DNA of 64,000 bases from Desulfobacterales bacterium (lineage in GTDB: Bacteria > Desulfobacterota > Desulfobacteria > Desulfobacterales > Desulfosalsimonadaceae), in NCBI GenBank assembly GCA_018334555.1, contig JAGXLR010000001.1, positions 269 through 64,268 on the forward strand. Reading direction: 5' to 3'. How positions within the stretch are numbered: the first letter of the stretch is position 1; the number at the start of each line of letters is the position of its first letter. The notes beneath the pieces were generated by a model, which saw only the letters and a list, made by a program, of their open reading frames with translations, made no database searches and was not told where the DNA came from. This document shows, one piece after another, positions 1-9,073 of this stretch. The position numbers were made by a program, and so were the translations under genes.

Positions 1-38
1 TTTTACCCATTTTGAAACGGCCAAATAGAATCGCCCGG

Positions 39-1511
39 CTAGTTGCTTCGGACGCGCTCCTCGGCTTCCGCGAGGATTTTATCGATATCCTTTTTGGCTT
101 CGGGCGGCACGCGCTTGCTGGGGCCTTCGTAGTTCTCCATCAAATCGCGGGTTTTCTTGAGCACCCGGTCCTTCATGGTGGTCCGGCCCTGGGCATCCCA
201 ATCCTCGTAACTGTTCCTGTCCATAAGCGTCGGCTGGTAATGCTTGCGGAACCACTTCATGGTGTGATCCTCATACAGATAGTGGCCGCCGGGCCCCACA
301 TTGCAGATCTGCTCGACCGCCATGGTCTCCTCGTTTACATCAAGGCCACCGGTGATCAGCCGGCTCATCCCGATGATCTCGTCATCTAACACCGTCTGGT
401 GGATATCCCCGGTCATACCGGATTCGGTATAGCCGTTGTCGTGGACAAAATTTGCGCCCGAGAGCATGGCCATATGGATCGATAGTGCCGCCTCCATGCC
501 GGACTGAAGTTCCAGGCACTTGGTATCCGTACATCCGGCGGTCGAATACATAGGCAGTCCGACAAATTGAAGCATCTCGGTTAGACCGGCGCTCAAAATG
601 CTCAGTTCCGGGGCCCCATAGGAATAGATGGTATGGCGCATATCCAAAATGGACTGAACGCCGCCAATGATAATGCAGGTACCCGGATTCATGAGCTGGG
701 ATACGACGACGCCCACCATGGATTCGGACATGGCCACCACCAGCTGTCCGGCATGCGTGGCCGGCACCGTACCGCCGCCGATGGCGCATGGGCTGTAAAC
801 CTGCGGGATTCGGTGCTCCGCATTGTACATACACTTATCAATGGCGTGGTAATCGCTGACCAACGGAGAAATGGGCTCGCCGTAGCTGATATAGTTGGGC
901 CGTTTCTTGAATGCCTCTTCGCCGCCGGCCATCACGATGCCCACCCGGTGCTCATCCCGCACGCCATCTCTTGTAAACGCCCAGTTCATAACGATTTTAC
1001 GCGTATTCTGGATCATGTCCGCGAACTCATAGATGTCTGCCAGGCCGTTGGTCACATCATTGATGGAGCCCAGCGACTGGACGTATCCGATATTGGGCAG
1101 GGCGTCACAGACGCGCGCGACGGTAGTGGCATCTTTTCTGAGATACGGACGACGCTCCAGGGAGTACGGATCGATGAAATTGGGCGGCGTGGGACCGGGG
1201 CCGAAATAACCGCGGCCTTTTTCCACATAGCACATTTCCTCATTGCCGTCCCAGGAGTATAGGGTTGTGGTGGGCGGCAGCGTGGACAATGCCTGCCGGA
1301 CAATTTCCGGCGGAATGCGCACGCGAATCCCGTCCACCTGGCACCGGTTCTTGGCCAGCAATTCCCGGGCGCCCTCATGATGGACATCCGCCCCCGTATC
1401 ATTCAATGTTTTAATGACCCCGTTGAAAATGCGCTCTTTCTGGTCCTCCGACATCATGGAGAACTGCATGGTGTCATTGGCAATATAGTTGGTTACTTTA
1501 TCGTGAATCAT
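39..1511 (-). CDS. MttB-superfamily corrinoid-dependent methyltransferase, non-pyrrolysine type (glycine betaine/quaternary amine:corrinoid methyltransferase-like)
   Basis: Uninterrupted 490-aa ORF with the length and sequence character of the trimethylamine methyltransferase (MttB/MtgB) family. SD AAGGAGAG lies 5 nt before the ATG at 1511. No in-frame TAG. It sits next to a paralog and a corrinoid protein. Confidence 0.85.
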   Translation of the reverse strand: MIHDKVTNYIANDTMQFSMMSEDQKERIFNGVIKTLNDTGADVHHEGARELLAKNRCQVDGIRVRIPPEIVRQALSTLPPTTTLYSWDGNEEMCYVEKGRGYFGPGPTPPNFIDPYSLERRPYLRKDATTVARVCDALPNIGYVQSLGSINDVTNGLADIYEFADMIQNTRKIVMNWAFTRDGVRDEHRVGIVMAGGEEAFKKRPNYISYGEPISPLVSDYHAIDKCMYNAEHRIPQVYSPCAIGGGTVPATHAGQLVVAMSESMVGVVVSQLMNPGTCIIIGGVQSILDMRHTIYSYGAPELSILSAGLTEMLQFVGLPMYSTAGCTDTKCLELQSGMEAALSIHMAMLSGANFVHDNGYTESGMTGDIHQTVLDDEIIGMSRLITGGLDVNEETMAVEQICNVGPGGHYLYEDHTMKWFRKHYQPTLMDRNSYEDWDAQGRTTMKDRVLKKTRDLMENYEGPSKRVPPEAKKDIDKILAEAEERVRSN

Positions 1512-1582
1512 ATGGACTCTCCTTATATCTCCTGCCCATACCGCCGCATCGGGAACGGTATGGCCATTGTAAAGGCATTGGG

Positions 1583-3037
1583 TTATTTGGAATGGCGTTT
1601 TTCCGCATCATCTATGATCTTTTTGAGATCTTTTCTAATCCCGTCGTCAATGGGCTCGGGTTCATACTCATCAAGGATGCGCTGGGTTTCTTCATTGACC
1701 CGGTCCAGCATGGTCTTTTTTCCGTTGTCGCACCATGTCTCCCAGTCAGAGCGATCCTGCAGCTTTGGAAAATACCATTCCCGCCAATGCTCGTATGTGT
1801 GGTCTTTGGTGACATACTCCCCGCCCGGGCCGGCCTCGTCGATAAGTTGCAGGGCCAAATACTCCGGATCCGTATTAATGCCCTTTCCGATTTGACGGAC
1901 CAGACCGATAATCTCCTCGTTCATGACCAGGCTCTCCAGCGAGGCATTGACACCCGAGTCAATATAGCCCACATCGTGAACCAGGTTGGCGCCGGACAGG
2001 AAGGCATTTAGCACGGAAAGCGTGGATTCGGCGGCCGCCTGTTCATCCACCGCTTTGGAATCCGTGCATCCGCCTGTGGAAAACATGAGCAAGCCCAGCC
2101 ATTTGGAAATATCCGTGTTGGCGGCAGAAGCCAGCGAAAGCTCCGGTGCGCCATAGGAATAGGTCGTCGTACGCATGTCCATAACCGTGGTCACACCACC
2201 CATAATAAGCGGCATACCGGGTTTTTTGAGATAGCAAAGCACGGTTGCCAGAAGCGTCTCGGCAAGGGACTGCACCAGCATCCCCGGGATGGTTGCCGGC
2301 GCCGTCGCCCCGGAGCTGGGGCACGGCGTATACATGGCCGGAATCCCTTTTTCCGCTGCAAAAAGCAATTTTTCCACGGCGGTCCGATCGTTGGTAAGCG
2401 GTGAGATGGGCTCGATATAGGCCACAAACATCGGGTTCAAGCGGAACTCCTCTTCACCTCCCTGGAACAGGCAGGCCATCTTCCAGATGTCTTCGAGCCC
2501 TTCGCCGTCGACGCTGGTCACGACCATCGGCTTGGTGCAGCCTTCGAGCATCGCCATAAACTGATGGCGGTCATAGGTCAGCGGGTTCGGGGCATCACCG
2601 ACGATGCCGTGGGACATAAAAAAATCATAATTGGGGAGATAATCGACAAAGCGCGCCGCATTGACGATATCCTTATACAGGGTCCGCCGGCGCTCGCCGG
2701 TCTCCCGGTCATAGGTAAACGGCAGATCCGATCCGGTGCCGAAATAAACGTGATCCTTCTGCAGAGCTACGGAGCGCTTGCCGTTTCTGCCTTTGAGGGT
2801 AATCTTGTTGGGATAGGTTTTTAAAGCCCTTTCAACAAGCGAGACCGGCACACGAACCCGGTTCCCCCGGACGACCGCGTCGCTGTTTTTAAACAGCTCA
2901 ATGGCCTCGTCCTGAAAAACATCCGCTCCGCATCGCTCCAATACTTCAAGCGCTGAAAAATATATTTTTTCAATCTGCTGATCCGTCAACACCCGAAATT
3001 GCGGTGTTTTCTGGATCGTCTGGTTCATCTTTTCCAT
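1583..3037 (-). CDS. Second MttB-superfamily methyltransferase paralog (non-pyrrolysine)
   Basis: 484-aa ORF that aligns by eye along its length with the 39-1511 product (shared blocks such as GAPELS, SGANxVHD, EDW). SD GAAGGAG lies upstream of the ATG at 3037. Confidence 0.85.
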   Translation of the reverse strand: MEKMNQTIQKTPQFRVLTDQQIEKIYFSALEVLERCGADVFQDEAIELFKNSDAVVRGNRVRVPVSLVERALKTYPNKITLKGRNGKRSVALQKDHVYFGTGSDLPFTYDRETGERRRTLYKDIVNAARFVDYLPNYDFFMSHGIVGDAPNPLTYDRHQFMAMLEGCTKPMVVTSVDGEGLEDIWKMACLFQGGEEEFRLNPMFVAYIEPISPLTNDRTAVEKLLFAAEKGIPAMYTPCPSSGATAPATIPGMLVQSLAETLLATVLCYLKKPGMPLIMGGVTTVMDMRTTTYSYGAPELSLASAANTDISKWLGLLMFSTGGCTDSKAVDEQAAAESTLSVLNAFLSGANLVHDVGYIDSGVNASLESLVMNEEIIGLVRQIGKGINTDPEYLALQLIDEAGPGGEYVTKDHTYEHWREWYFPKLQDRSDWETWCDNGKKTMLDRVNEETQRILDEYEPEPIDDGIRKDLKKIIDDAEKRHSK

Positions 3038-3142
3038 TGGTTGACTCCTTCGCCCGAATTTTTATGAATAAAGGCCTCAGCAGGTATTTAAGGCTTATAA
3101 TGGTCGTCAGCTGGATACTAAGCCCCTGCTTTTTTTATAAAT

Positions 3143-3176
3143 GCCGGTGCGGGCGGGATCCGCCTGCCGCACCGGC
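3143..3176. other. GC-rich inverted repeat between the corrinoid-protein gene and the MttB gene
   Basis: GCCGGTGCGGGCGG-GATC-CGCCTGCCGCACCGGC forms a long imperfect stem. On the coding (minus) strand it is not followed by a U-tract, so its function is unclear (processing/stability element or weak attenuator). Confidence 0.3.
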
Positions 3177-3208
3177 GTCTTGATTGAAACCCTTTGGGAG
3201 CTACCGGA

Positions 3209-3847
3209 TTACAGCCCCAGTTCCGCCTTACCCTTGTCCACGGAACTGGCTGCATTGGCCCCGTAAAGATCGGCGCCGATTTCCTTGGCATATTCCTCGG
3301 TAACGGGCGCCCCGCCGACCATGATCTTTACCTGGTCCCTTACCCCGGCTTCCTTCAGGGCGTTAATGGTCTCACCCATCTTCGGCATGGTCGTGGTCAA
3401 AAGCGCCGACATGCCCAGCAGCTGGGGTTTATGCTCCTTGACGGCATCCACGAACACCTGGGGCTTTAAATCAATGCCCAGGTTAACGACCTTGAACCCG
3501 GCCCCCTCGAACATCATGCCGACGAGGTTCTTTCCGATGTCATGAAGGTCGCCCTCAACGGTGCCGATCACGAGCGTGCCGGCCTGCTTGGTATCACTCT
3601 CTGCCAAAGCGGGCCGGAGATGCTCCATCCCGGCACTCATGGCCTTTGCCGAACGCAGGACCTCCGGGATAAACATATCCCCCGCCTTAAACCGTTGACC
3701 GACAACGTCCATACCGGCGATAAGCCCTTTATTCAAAAGCTCTTCCGCTGCCACACCCCCATCCAGGGATTCCTTTGTCATTTTATCGACCTCTTCCACC
3801 TTACCGGCGATCAATGCCTCTGCTATTTTCCCTAAATCTTCAGCCAT
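3209..3847 (-). CDS. Cobalamin-binding corrinoid protein (MtgC/MttC-like methyl carrier)
   Basis: 212 aa. It has the B12-binding DxHxxG motif (GDLHDIGKN), a downstream SALLTTT (SxL) block and an N-terminal helical cap. SD GGAGAAGGAGG lies upstream. Confidence 0.85.
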   Translation of the reverse strand: MAEDLGKIAEALIAGKVEEVDKMTKESLDGGVAAEELLNKGLIAGMDVVGQRFKAGDMFIPEVLRSAKAMSAGMEHLRPALAESDTKQAGTLVIGTVEGDLHDIGKNLVGMMFEGAGFKVVNLGIDLKPQVFVDAVKEHKPQLLGMSALLTTTMPKMGETINALKEAGVRDQVKIMVGGAPVTEEYAKEIGADLYGANAASSVDKGKAELGL

Positions 3848-3914
3848 GTGATTTCCTCCTTCTCCTATTAAATTGCTTTAGTATTGACGTATTACGAAAC
3901 TGATAGACTTGCGG

Positions 3915-4754
3915 TTAGGGTTTGCGAAAGTGAAATACCCCCCATGCCAGATAGCCCTTGTTGCCGCCGTCCACCCAGTGGCGCAGGCCTTTTTTCATAT
4001 TGTCGATATACTCCTGGCTGATTTTGTGCTTGACCTCGTCTTCCCGTTTTTCCAGCTCCTCCAGGATACGGGCGTAGCTTTTTGTCAGATGCGGGGTCAG
4101 CTCCTCAAAATCCACGACCTCAAAACCGATCTTTTTGGCATGTTGCTGATAAAAACCCGGTGATCCCAGGCTCGTCAGATGGATCCGATCATAGATCGGC
4201 TGCAATACATCCTCCGGACAGTCATCGGCCTGCATGGGATCGGTAAATATCATCTCACCGCCGGGTTTCAAGACCCGTTTGGCCTCCTCCAGAACTTTTT
4301 CACGGTTGTCGCTGTGCAGAATCGCATCCTGGGACCAGACGATATCAAAGGATTCATCAGGAAAGGGGATGGTGTCAAAGCTTCCGTCAACGACCTCGAT
4401 CATATGATCCAGCCCCTGTTCCGCGTTCATTTTACGAGCGCGCGCATTCTCAGTTTCACTTAAATTTAAAACCACGACCTCCCAGCCGTAGGTTTTGGCC
4501 AGATACCGGGCGGAACCTGAAAACCCGCCGCCGAGATCAATGATCCGGGCCTTGCGGTTCAAAAATGCCGAACGGGATGCCATATAGTTTATAGTACGAC
4601 GACTCGCATCAAAGACGGAGTCGTCGTCCGACTCGTAAATACCCAGATGCAGGTCCTCCCCACCCCATATAGTATAATAAAAGGTATGGGCATCGTCACT
4701 ATCATAATAATGTTTGGTCGTCTGTACGGTCTCTGTGTACTCCTGGTTGGTCAT
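3915..4754 (-). CDS. Sarcosine/dimethylglycine N-methyltransferase-type SAM-dependent methyltransferase (betaine biosynthesis family)
   Basis: The ORF track gives 3915-4781. The preferred start is the ATG at 4752-4754, preceded by AAGGAGG, giving 279 aa. Blocks YYDSDDAHTFYYTIWGGEDLHLGIY, IIDLGGGFSG (SAM motif I), FTDPMQADDCPE and GLRHWVDGGNKGYLAWGVFHFRK match, as I recall them, the halophile SDMT enzymes. Confidence 0.8.
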   Translation of the reverse strand: MTNQEYTETVQTTKHYYDSDDAHTFYYTIWGGEDLHLGIYESDDDSVFDASRRTINYMASRSAFLNRKARIIDLGGGFSGSARYLAKTYGWEVVVLNLSETENARARKMNAEQGLDHMIEVVDGSFDTIPFPDESFDIVWSQDAILHSDNREKVLEEAKRVLKPGGEMIFTDPMQADDCPEDVLQPIYDRIHLTSLGSPGFYQQHAKKIGFEVVDFEELTPHLTKSYARILEELEKREDEVKHKISQEYIDNMKKGLRHWVDGGNKGYLAWGVFHFRKP

Positions 4755-4928
4755 ATTCGCCTCCTTCATTTTATTTAACAATTTATAAAATTTGCATTTT
4801 AAACTATGCGGAACAGGTATCGGATCCGCGGGTAATGTTTTTATATGTTTGGGTTTTGCCTAATAATTATTTTTTTTTATCTATAGCTTTATATATTTTT
4901 TTCTAACTTCGATTGTAATAAATTGATT

Positions 4929-4957
4929 ATACTAATTTAAAATTTATTATCTGTCAA
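4929..4957 (-). promoter_or_regulatory. Candidate sigma70-type promoter reading toward the methyltransferase/corrinoid operon
   Basis: On the minus strand: TTGACA (4952-4957), a 17-nt spacer, then TAGTAT overlapping TATAAT (4926-4934). Located in the AT-rich intergenic region about 170 nt upstream of the start at 4754. Confidence 0.3.
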
Positions 4958-5363
4958 CAAATTTCTCCGAAACTCAATTATATGTTCAAATATTCACAGG
5001 TTTGTAACGATTAAAATGTTCTTGACAAGGGGGTTTGAGGTATATTAATTGTCCCTATTTGTTCGCTCGGAGATTTCAAAAATGCATGTAATCCCAACGA
5101 ATTATCATTTTAATTGGATTTTCAGAGAGTTATTGATCAAAAAGTAGCTTTCCGTCGACTATGTTTCTAATAAAAATAGATATAAAACCCCTCAAGCGGA
5201 GAGGCGGCACTGAACCGATCGCCCGGACGCCTCCAGAAAATATCAACTTAAAAATTAAGAAATGGATTTATTTTTATTTAAAAAAGAATAACTTTAATAT
5301 ATACCCGGACTAAAGAAAATCAAAAAAACACAGCCCCCAAACACTAATAAACAGGTTGAAATT

Positions 5364-6704
5364 ATGGCAGATATTTTTCCTTTTCGCGGCATCCGATATA
5401 ATATTGAAATTGTCGGGGATCTGGCCCACGTGGCCACCCCTCCTTATGATGTCATCTCTGATGAAGAGCAGGACATGTATTATGAGCGCCACCCCAACAA
5501 CATCATTCGCCTGGATAAGGGAAAAGAAACGGCAACCGATGACGATCAGGACAACCCATATACACGGGCGGCCGAATATTTTAAAAACTGGATCTCAGAA
5601 GGCATTCTGCTGAAGGATAAGGCCCCCTGCCTCTATTTGACCAGTGTGGAATTCACCATCAACGGCCAGACGTTTACCCGCTTCGGTTTAATCGCCCGGG
5701 CCAGGCTCGAGCCTTTTGAGAAAGGCGTTATCCTTCCCCATGAAGAGACCTATTCCAAGATCAAATCCGAACGTCTGGAGCTGATGAAGGCCTGCCACGC
5801 GAATTTCAGCCATATTTTTTCCATATTTACCGATAAGGACGACATTATGGGGAGGCTAAAATCCGCCGTGTCAGGCTCAAAGCCGGAGACCGAATTCACC
5901 GATGACGCCGGACATCATCATCAAATGTGGTGTATTGCCGATCCGAAGATCCACGAAGCGGTGACGGAAAGCCTGAAAAAACGTCGGCTATTTATCGCTG
6001 ACGGCCACCACCGCTATGAAACCGCCCTGACATACAGGGACTGGCTGGCTGAGAACTCACCGGATTTCAGCCCGGAACATCCGGCCAACTTTATTATGAT
6101 GTATCTGTGCTCAATTGAAGATCCGGGATTGATTATTCTGCCCACCCACCGCCTATTGACAAGCGTCTCAGCGGCCCAACGGAACACTTTTGTATCCAAG
6201 GCGAACCAGCACTTTGACGTTCAAACATTCGCATTCGGCGACAATAACCCGGACCAGGAAAAATCCCAGGCCCGTTCAAAGCTCCTCACTACTATGAGGG
6301 CCGAAACGGATAAGCATATCATCGGCGGGTATATAAAAGGTTACCCGGAGTTCTATGCATTCACCCTCAAGCCCGATGTGATGAGACAAAAATTTAACAG
6401 CGAAATCGAGGAGCCCCTGAGAGAGCTTGACGTCACGGTATTAACGCGCATTATTCTGACGGAGCTGCTGGAATTTGACCATAAGGATCTCGATGACGAG
6501 ACCCTGATCAGTTATACCAGCGATGCGGTAGAGGCAATAGAGGCGGTCGATGGTGGGGAATACGACATGGCCTTTATTTTAAACCCGCCATCCAATGAAC
6601 AGGTCCGTGACATTGCCGATGCGGGATACACCATGCCGCGCAAAACGACCTTCTATTACCCCAAGGCGATTACCGGTCAAGTCATGAACAGTTTGGACGA
6701 CTAA
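5364..6704 (+). CDS. DUF1015 family protein
   Basis: 446 aa. N-terminal FRGIRYN...PPYDVISDEE and the central ADGHHRYETAL block are characteristic of DUF1015. Function unknown. Confidence 0.75.
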   Translation: MADIFPFRGIRYNIEIVGDLAHVATPPYDVISDEEQDMYYERHPNNIIRLDKGKETATDDDQDNPYTRAAEYFKNWISEGILLKDKAPCLYLTSVEFTINGQTFTRFGLIARARLEPFEKGVILPHEETYSKIKSERLELMKACHANFSHIFSIFTDKDDIMGRLKSAVSGSKPETEFTDDAGHHHQMWCIADPKIHEAVTESLKKRRLFIADGHHRYETALTYRDWLAENSPDFSPEHPANFIMMYLCSIEDPGLIILPTHRLLTSVSAAQRNTFVSKANQHFDVQTFAFGDNNPDQEKSQARSKLLTTMRAETDKHIIGGYIKGYPEFYAFTLKPDVMRQKFNSEIEEPLRELDVTVLTRIILTELLEFDHKDLDDETLISYTSDAVEAIEAVDGGEYDMAFILNPPSNEQVRDIADAGYTMPRKTTFYYPKAITGQVMNSLDD

Positions 6705-6717
6705 GAGGAGGCTTCCC

Positions 6718-7569
6718 ATCGAAACCATTCAAGCCCTTTCACAAGCTATTGCCCGGTCAGAAAAACTCCACCGGAAGGGGAAGAAGATTGCACTGGTGCC
6801 GACGATGGGATTCTTTCATGAGGGCCATCTCGCTCTAATGCGCAGGGGCCGAGAGATTTCAGACGATCTGGTCATCAGTCTGTTTGTCAATCCGACGCAG
6901 TTCGGCCCCAATGAGGACTATGAGACCTATCCCCGCGATACGGACCGGGACCTGGCATTGGCTGAAACGGTCGGTGTGGATGCTGTTTTTATCCCGTCGG
7001 TAGATGACATGTATCCGGAGGGATTTCAGACATATGTGGATCAGACGGATTTGCCGAAACATCTCTGCGGCTTAAACCGTCCCGGCCACTTTCGGGGCGT
7101 ACTGACGGTTGTTGCCAAGCTTTTCAATATCATCCGGCCGGACACCGCCCTGTTTGGAGAAAAAGATTACCAGCAGCTGGCCGTAATTCGTCAAATGGTG
7201 CGGGATCTCAATTTTAATATCGATATTATCGGGGTCCCGACCGTTAGGGAAGCTGACGGCCTTGCCATGAGCTCACGAAATATTCACCTTGCGCCCAAAC
7301 AGCGCGAAGCGGCGCGCAGCCTTTACAAAGCCCTTCAGTCCGCGCAGGAGAGGCTAAGCAAAGGGGAAAACAGGGCCGATCGGCTGATCCGTGCGGCAAC
7401 GGATAGGATCCAACAGTATCGGGACGCATCCATTGATTATATTAAAATCAGCGACTTGCAAAACCTGGAGGATGTCTGTACGATTGACCGCCGCGTACTT
7501 ATGGCGCTTGCGGTCAAAATTGGGGGCACCCGGCTGATTGACCATACCATACTCGATCCTGAGGCCTGA
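6718..7569 (+). CDS. panC: Pantoate--beta-alanine ligase (pantothenate synthetase); start upstream of the GTG used by the ORF track, probably ATC at 6718
   Basis: PTMGxxHEGH and downstream PanC blocks are present. The frame upstream of 6796 encodes IETIQALSQAIARSEKLHRKGKKIALV, which matches the conserved PanC N-terminus. AGGAGG (6706-6711) sits 6 nt before the ATC at 6718. There is no ATG/GTG/TTG in frame after the stop at 6685. Confidence 0.85.
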   Translation: METIQALSQAIARSEKLHRKGKKIALVPTMGFFHEGHLALMRRGREISDDLVISLFVNPTQFGPNEDYETYPRDTDRDLALAETVGVDAVFIPSVDDMYPEGFQTYVDQTDLPKHLCGLNRPGHFRGVLTVVAKLFNIIRPDTALFGEKDYQQLAVIRQMVRDLNFNIDIIGVPTVREADGLAMSSRNIHLAPKQREAARSLYKALQSAQERLSKGENRADRLIRAATDRIQQYRDASIDYIKISDLQNLEDVCTIDRRVLMALAVKIGGTRLIDHTILDPEA

Positions 7570-7660
7570 GCACAGCCTCCGCCGGTTTGGCCGCCCTCCA
7601 CAGGAAGATGACACATGAATGGCAGACTATTGTGATCAAATTCAATCAAAGGAGATTATT

Positions 7661-8830
7661 ATGAGTGGAAATCGCGTATTATTTACATCCGAATCCGTCA
7701 CTGAAGGACATCCGGATAAAGTGGCCGATGCCATATCCGATTCCGTTCTTGACGCTATCATCGGACAGGACAAAAAATGCCGAGTGGCTTGCGAAACGTT
7801 GGTAACCACGGGATTGGCGTTCATTGCCGGGGAAATTACAACCGAATGCTACGTGGATTTCCCCCAGGTCGTTCGTGAGACCATCCGGGACATCGGATAC
7901 AGCTCATCCCGAATGGGATTTGACTGGGAGACCTGCGGTGTGGTCACCAGCATTGATCACCAGTCCCCGGATATCGCCCAAGGCGTAAATGAGGGCCAAG
8001 GGCTCTACAAAGAGCAGGGAGCCGGGGACCAAGGGCTGATGTTCGGATTTGCTTCCGATGAAACGCCGGAGCTGATGCCCATGCCGATTATATTTGCCCA
8101 CAAACTCACCAAACGCCTGGCCCAGGTCCGAAAACACGGATCAGTCGACTTTCTGCGCCCGGATGGCAAATCCCAGGTCACCATTGAATACGAAGGCGGC
8201 CTGCCGAAACGGGTGGATACGGTCGTTGTCTCCACCCAGCATAAAGGTGACGTCAGCTACGAAGAGGTGCGAGAGGCGGTTATCGAAGAAGTGATCAAAA
8301 AGATTATCCCCAAGGAGATGATTGACGGGGATACCCGCTATTTTATCAATCCGACCGGCCGGTTTGAGGTCGGCGGCCCCATGGGGGACTGCGGCGTTAC
8401 GGGACGAAAAATCATCGTGGACACCTACGGCGGCCAGGGAAGCCACGGCGGCGGATGCTTTTCCGGAAAAGATCCCACAAAAGTGGATCGAAGCGCTTCC
8501 TACATGGCCCGCCACGTGGCCAAAAACATCGTTGCCGCCGGCCTGGCCAAAAAGTGTGAGGTCCAGCTGGCCTATGCCATCGGGGTCGCCGAGCCGGTTT
8601 CGATTCTGGTCGACTTTTTGAATACAGGAAATATCCCTGAAGAAAAAGCGACTGATATCATCAACGAGGTTTTCGATTTACGCCCGGGGGCGATAATCGA
8701 ATATCTGGATCTTCTTAGGCCCATATATAAAAAGACCGCCGCTTATGGCCACTTTGGCCGCAAGGACCCGGATTTTACCTGGGAGCACACCAACAAGGCG
8801 GAGGAAATAAAGGCTAAAGCCGGCATCTAA
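7661..8830 (+). CDS. metK: S-adenosylmethionine synthetase
   Basis: Has GHPDK, GAGDQG and [16 protein letters not shown] motifs. The preferred start is the ATG at 7661, preceded by AAGGAG (the ORF track start at 7619 lacks an SD). Confidence 0.95.
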   Translation: MSGNRVLFTSESVTEGHPDKVADAISDSVLDAIIGQDKKCRVACETLVTTGLAFIAGEITTECYVDFPQVVRETIRDIGYSSSRMGFDWETCGVVTSIDHQSPDIAQGVNEGQGLYKEQGAGDQGLMFGFASDETPELMPMPIIFAHKLTKRLAQVRKHGSVDFLRPDGKSQVTIEYEGGLPKRVDTVVVSTQHKGDVSYEEVREAVIEEVIKKIIPKEMIDGDTRYFINPTGRFEVGGPMGDCGVTGRKIIVDTYGGQGSHGGGCFSGKDPTKVDRSASYMARHVAKNIVAAGLAKKCEVQLAYAIGVAEPVSILVDFLNTGNIPEEKATDIINEVFDLRPGAIIEYLDLLRPIYKKTAAYGHFGRKDPDFTWEHTNKAEEIKAKAGI

Positions 8831-8844
8831 ATCTCTGGACGCAT

Positions 8845-8868
8845 ACCGCCGGGGCATTCCCCGGCGGT
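8845..8868 (+). terminator. Probable intrinsic terminator after metK
   Basis: Perfect 10-bp stem ACCGCCGGGG/CCCCGGCGGT with a 4-nt loop, 15 nt after the stop codon, followed by the T-containing tail TATTCGATCTATT. Confidence 0.5.
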
Positions 8869-8945
8869 TATTCGATCTATTGCCCATCCATAAATGGATA
8901 GTTTGACCAATTTCTGTGGCAGACTCAAATGGGGCAGACTCAAAT

Positions 8946-9060
8946 TTTGATGGCTTCGCAAAAAGTCCAATCCCTCGGAATCTCACGTACAGCTAAGTAC
9001 CCTGCATTCCGCGGGATTTTGCGCGCCCCCGGATCTTAACTGGGGCTTGAACTTCTTACG
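8946..9060. repeat. Dispersed repeat family B, copy A (TGATGGCTTCG...AAAAAGTCC type)
   Basis: Shares long blocks with 61215-61370: TGATGGCTTCG(C/T)AAAAAGTCCAA and TCCCTCGGAAT(C/T)TCACGTACAGCTAAGTAC(C/G)CTGCATTCC(G/T)CGGGATTT. It is preceded by a 13-nt tandem duplication (8918-8945). Confidence 0.6.
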
Positions 9061-9073
9061 CGATTCTCCTTTT

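Noticed and set aside
39-3037. Possible pyrrolysine (in-frame TAG) in the two MttB-family genes
   Set aside because: Both ORFs are uninterrupted and full length (490 and 484 aa) with no internal amber codon. They belong to the non-Pyl branch of the family. No pyl genes were seen.
3143-3176. GC-rich hairpin as an intrinsic terminator splitting the methyl-transfer operon
   Set aside because: On the transcribed (minus) strand the stem is followed by an A-rich rather than a U-rich tract, so it does not fit a canonical terminator. It is kept only as an unexplained inverted repeat.
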